From positions 1-32,356 of the forward strand of contig JACPMP010000059.1 in NCBI GenBank assembly GCA_016185915.1: a stretch of DNA of 32,356 nt. The letters are read 5' to 3'. Origin of the DNA: Candidatus Woesearchaeota archaeon. Lineage in GTDB: Archaea > Nanobdellota > Nanobdellia > Woesearchaeales > GW2011-AR4. A program made the translations under genes and the position numbers. This document shows positions 28,854 to 32,356 of this stretch, piece after piece; position 1 is the first letter of the stretch, and every line of letters begins with the position of its first letter. The notes under the pieces were generated by a model. The model saw nothing but the letters and a program-made list of their open reading frames with translations, was not told the origin of the DNA and did not search any database.

Positions 28854-29216
28854 TTAATTGGATTTTTCTATTGGATGACCATGCTTTTGCCATTCATCAA
28901 AGCCGCCTACCATTTCCATAACATCGTAGCCCTTCTTTGCTAACCTTAATGCTACTTTTGGTGCTGCAAAGCAAACCACATGATAGCAATATAAAATCAA
29001 TTTTTTGTTTTTTGGCAGTTTGCTTAAATGCTTTTCCCATTCCCTGCTTGGAACATTAATTGCTGTAGGAACATGTCCTGCTTTATGGGACTCTGAATCT
29101 CTAACATCAACTACAAGATACTCCTTATTTTTTTCGTCAACAATCTTTCTTACAGTATAAGGGTCAATCTCGTATTTTAATTTTTCCTCAAAAAATTTGA
29201 CTGCTGCTTTGGACAT
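28854..29216 (-). CDS. Rhodanese-like domain protein
   Basis: VVDVRD..HKAGHVPTAINVP, ILYC, MVGGFDEW. Confidence 0.9.
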   Translation of the reverse strand: MSKAAVKFFEEKLKYEIDPYTVRKIVDEKNKEYLVVDVRDSESHKAGHVPTAINVPSREWEKHLSKLPKNKKLILYCYHVVCFAAPKVALRLAKKGYDVMEMVGGFDEWQKHGHPIEKSN

Positions 29217-29309
29217 TTTTAATTTTAAAATTTTGAAAAGCTGTAAAGTAAACCTTTAAAGTATACAGTTTAGTCTTCCCTTTTGATAAATTTAAAAGGG
29301 CTCAAACAC

Positions 29310-29580
29310 GGTTTTCTTTGCGAAAACCTATTCGGAAAGGAAAAATCCGAACTTCGTAGCGGATTTTTCCTCTCCACTCAGTTTTCGCCCAACAACAATG
29401 GTGGCAAATCGAATGCAGAGGATTTTTCAGTTACGCAGTTCTGAAAAATCCTTTGTGAGTAGCATTTTCACCAAGAAAATGCGTGTTTGCCACCATTATT
29501 GTTGTTGGGTTGGATACTTAACAACTTGGCTTAACAAAAGCACAAGTTTTTTAAATTCGTTGTTATTTCCACACGAAACT
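29310..29580. other. Dense nested hairpin cluster (candidate ncRNA or REP-like DNA element)
   Basis: Stems at 29310-29328, 29339-29370 and 29388-29509 (enclosing 29419-29452 and 29462-29482), plus weaker hairpins to about 29580. Confidence 0.65.
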
Positions 29581-29642
29581 CTTTGGTAAAGTTAGGGGTT
29601 TTATTGGATTTGTCATAATAAATTAAATATTTTTTGTTTAAG

Positions 29643-32356
29643 ATGAAAGATAAGTGGTTTCAATATAAAAACTTTAGTGTTCTTAGGATTCTATTAATTA
29701 GTGTAATTATATTTGTTGCTTATGGTACTGGAACAACTGCTCAGGGCATTTGGATACAAAAAGGTGGAACTTTAAGCGCTGATGCTCAAGGTTGGGCGTA
29801 TCATCCCTCAATTGCAGTTGCTTCTGATGGCACAATTTACGCAGCTTGGTCACAGCACAGAAATCCCGGCACTTGGGATTTAGTCGGAACTTATGTAAAG
29901 AAATGGTCAAATGGAAGTTGGCAGCAACTTGGCTCTAGAATTGGTCATTTACAAGGGCAAGCCCAATGGCCTGAAGGTTATTCTCCTTCAATATCTGTTT
30001 TAGGCAATGTTCCTTATGTTGCTTGGTATGAAGGTGGTGGCTATGGATGGAATGTTGGAGTTGGAGCTTCTCTATTTGTAGCTCATTGGGATGGCACTAA
30101 ATGGGTTTATGACAATAGTACTGAGACATATAATGGTGCACTTAATAACAATCTAACCTTTAGTGCTCGCGAGCCAGATACAGCAGTCATTAATAACAAA
30201 CTATATGTGGCATGGATTGAAGGTGGAAATTCTGTTGTTCTAAAGCATTTAGATGCTGGAATTTGGGTTAAAGATGGAGTAATTAATACAGGTACAAAAC
30301 TAATCGGAGTAAAGGTTTTTGACGTTGCTGGCATTCCTTATATTGTTTTCTCTGGATTTAGCCAGCAAAGCGATTCATACGGCACATTAAACACTCCAGG
30401 AACTGTGAAGGTTTATAGCTTCCAAAGTGGTTTGTTTAACCAAGTCGGCCAGTCTCTGAACATAAATCCGCAAAGTTATCCAAATTATGTTGCTGCAACA
30501 TCAGTTGGAGCAACCCCTTATGTAGCCTGGCAAGAGCGTTCAGCGTCTGGCAACAATCAAATCTATGTTAAGCACTGGAACGGAATTTCATGGCTACAAG
30601 ATGGCGGAAGTTTAAATATTGACTCAATACAAGGAGAAGCAGGTGCACCTGCATTAGCAAACAATGGCTCTTCAGTATTTATTGCATGGGTTGAAGGTGC
30701 TCAAGGGCAAAAATCCCAGCTTTACACAATGGTATTGGAAAGCGGCTCCTGGAGCGCACCAGAAGGCACTTTGAATGTTGATTCTGTAAATGGCTCTGCT
30801 GATCATCCTGCGCTTGCAGTAAGCAGCGGCTTTGCTCAATTAATCTGGGCAGAGAAAGATTTCTCAACATCAACAAAACAAGTTTATGCCAAGGGCAGAG
30901 GCGATGTTGGAGCTCCAAATTCAAGCATGTTGTTGAAATGGGGAGCTGATGGAGCTGTGCAAAATATCCCAGCAAACACTTGGGTAAAAATGCAGCCAGG
31001 CGGAATTGCATTAGGTTCAGGAATCGGGGATGAAAGCTATTCTACATTTGTTTATGTGCCTGGGCTTAAGAAAGCGGTTGTTTTTGGAAAATATCATGGA
31101 GCAACAATTACTTCAGGCGAAGACCAAAATGCATTGCTCGGCTATGACCTTAATTCAAACAGATGGGACCTAGTTGATATTGGAGAAGATGCTTGGAGCG
31201 AGCATTTTTCTGGAGTGGGTCATGACAGTGGAACTGTAACAATTGATACTGTACGTGATTTATTCATTTCTCATGGCAATCTTAACTTAAATGCAGGAAC
31301 TGCTTTCCAAACTTATGTTTATGACCTAAAAGCAGGCAGAGGCAAGCGAATGATGTCGCCAAAAGAGCCGCCAATGGCTGCCTCATCTGCTACAGCTTTT
31401 GATAAAGAGCATGATATTACATTGATGAATGTTCCAAATGCGCCGCCATATCCAACATCTTGGCTTTACAATTACAATGCAAACAACTGGACATCTCTTC
31501 CAGTTGGACCTCCGAATAGGAATGATCCAGCCATTGTGTATGATACAAAGAATCATGTTTTTGTAATGATTGGCCCTTACTTTAATGAGACATGGACATT
31601 TGAACCAATTACAAAGCAGTGGCAGAAGAAATCTCCAGCATTGTCGCCGCCTTCATCAGTATATTATGCTGCATTTGATACATTAAATAATGTCACGCTT
31701 TCAGTTCTGCCAAGAGGAGCAACAGCTGAAGTGTGGGTTTATGATGCCGGCTTGGATTCGTGGACACAACTGCCAAATGCGCCTGTGGAAATTGGAGCAT
31801 ACACAACTGGCTCAAATCTTGCTTATGACACTGAAAATAATGCGTTCCTTCTCCATTCTGGCACATACCTTACAAACACTTGGGCGTTTAAATATGTGCC
31901 TTTGATTGATGCAAGTGCTCCAAGCATTCCACAAAATCTAGCAGCAAGCAATATGACACAAACCTCAGTCACATTAAGCTGGTCAGCTTCATCTGACCCA
32001 GAATCTGGTGTTACTAATTATAAAGTATATAGGAACAATGCTGTAGTAGGACAACCTGTCTCAACATCATTTATAGACACTGGCTTAGCTCAGGGAACAA
32101 CATACACTTATGAGGTTTCAGCTGTTAATGGGGCAGGACTTGAATCTGCAAGAAGTCTGCCTTTAAATGTAACGACCTTGACTGACACAACTCCGCCAAT
32201 TATCTCTGGAGTTACATCTTCCTCAATCACAACAAGCAGTGCTACTATCAACTGGAACACAAATGAGCCATCAGATTCACAAGCTGAGTATGGATTAACA
32301 ACAGCGTATGGCTTGCAAACAACTCTTGACACTTCACTTGTTACTGCCCATGCTCA
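29643..32356 (+). CDS. Large secreted protein: beta-propeller repeats, kelch-like region and fibronectin type III domains (3' partial)
   Basis: Not in the ORF track because no stop occurs in the window. Signal peptide; repeated PYVAWxE/YVKHWNG blades; WVYD/WTQL kelch-like repeats; APSIPQNL..VTLSWSASSD..YKVYRN..DTGL..TTYTYEVSAVN; DTTPPIIS..ATINWNTNEPSDSQAEYG. Confidence 0.88.
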   Translation, partial: MKDKWFQYKNFSVLRILLISVIIFVAYGTGTTAQGIWIQKGGTLSADAQGWAYHPSIAVASDGTIYAAWSQHRNPGTWDLVGTYVKKWSNGSWQQLGSRIGHLQGQAQWPEGYSPSISVLGNVPYVAWYEGGGYGWNVGVGASLFVAHWDGTKWVYDNSTETYNGALNNNLTFSAREPDTAVINNKLYVAWIEGGNSVVLKHLDAGIWVKDGVINTGTKLIGVKVFDVAGIPYIVFSGFSQQSDSYGTLNTPGTVKVYSFQSGLFNQVGQSLNINPQSYPNYVAATSVGATPYVAWQERSASGNNQIYVKHWNGISWLQDGGSLNIDSIQGEAGAPALANNGSSVFIAWVEGAQGQKSQLYTMVLESGSWSAPEGTLNVDSVNGSADHPALAVSSGFAQLIWAEKDFSTSTKQVYAKGRGDVGAPNSSMLLKWGADGAVQNIPANTWVKMQPGGIALGSGIGDESYSTFVYVPGLKKAVVFGKYHGATITSGEDQNALLGYDLNSNRWDLVDIGEDAWSEHFSGVGHDSGTVTIDTVRDLFISHGNLNLNAGTAFQTYVYDLKAGRGKRMMSPKEPPMAASSATAFDKEHDITLMNVPNAPPYPTSWLYNYNANNWTSLPVGPPNRNDPAIVYDTKNHVFVMIGPYFNETWTFEPITKQWQKKSPALSPPSSVYYAAFDTLNNVTLSVLPRGATAEVWVYDAGLDSWTQLPNAPVEIGAYTTGSNLAYDTENNAFLLHSGTYLTNTWAFKYVPLIDASAPSIPQNLAASNMTQTSVTLSWSASSDPESGVTNYKVYRNNAVVGQPVSTSFIDTGLAQGTTYTYEVSAVNGAGLESARSLPLNVTTLTDTTPPIISGVTSSSITTSSATINWNTNEPSDSQAEYGLTTAYGLQTTLDTSLVTAHA

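Noticed and set aside
29398..29589. 63-aa ORF over the hairpin array, and other short overlapping ORFs in the track
   Set aside because: No SD or protein motif; best explained as shadows of real genes or by-products of palindromic DNA.

Overview
AT-rich archaeal window. Gene content and style (class III signal peptide pilins, GGTGA/GAGGT Shine-Dalgarno motifs, HTH-LAGLIDADG, TtuA) point to a DPANN lineage, most likely Woesearchaeota; this is an inference. About 1.5-17.6 kb is a minus-strand cell-surface locus with five type IV pilin-like genes, Cys-rich/Ig-like secreted proteins and a protein with a phage-type intramolecular-chaperone domain. Its largest gene (about 1258 aa when repaired) is broken by two perfect tandem duplications of 8 bp and 29 bp. 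The strongest candidate for an undescribed system is a ~2.9 kb cassette (about 20355-23224) that appears inserted in a superoxide dismutase gene just after the WEHAYY motif. sod now has an atypical 3' end, and a canonical sod 3' end (YQNRRADYLKNWWNVVNW) lies stranded at the far border. The cassette carries a free-standing HTH-LAGLIDADG endonuclease with a structured leader and a three-gene cluster (DnaQ/RNase H-like exonuclease, DUF1917-like protein, nucleoside 2-deoxyribosyltransferase-like protein), possibly defensive. Further right are an IS110 remnant, a sulfur-relay/tRNA thiolation cluster (rhodanese, iscA, thiS/moaD, ttuA) interrupted by hicB, a truncated hicA and a CfrBI-like R-M system, a hairpin-rich intergenic element, and a large beta-propeller/FN3 surface protein running off the window. 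Family assignments come from motif recognition by eye, not database searches.
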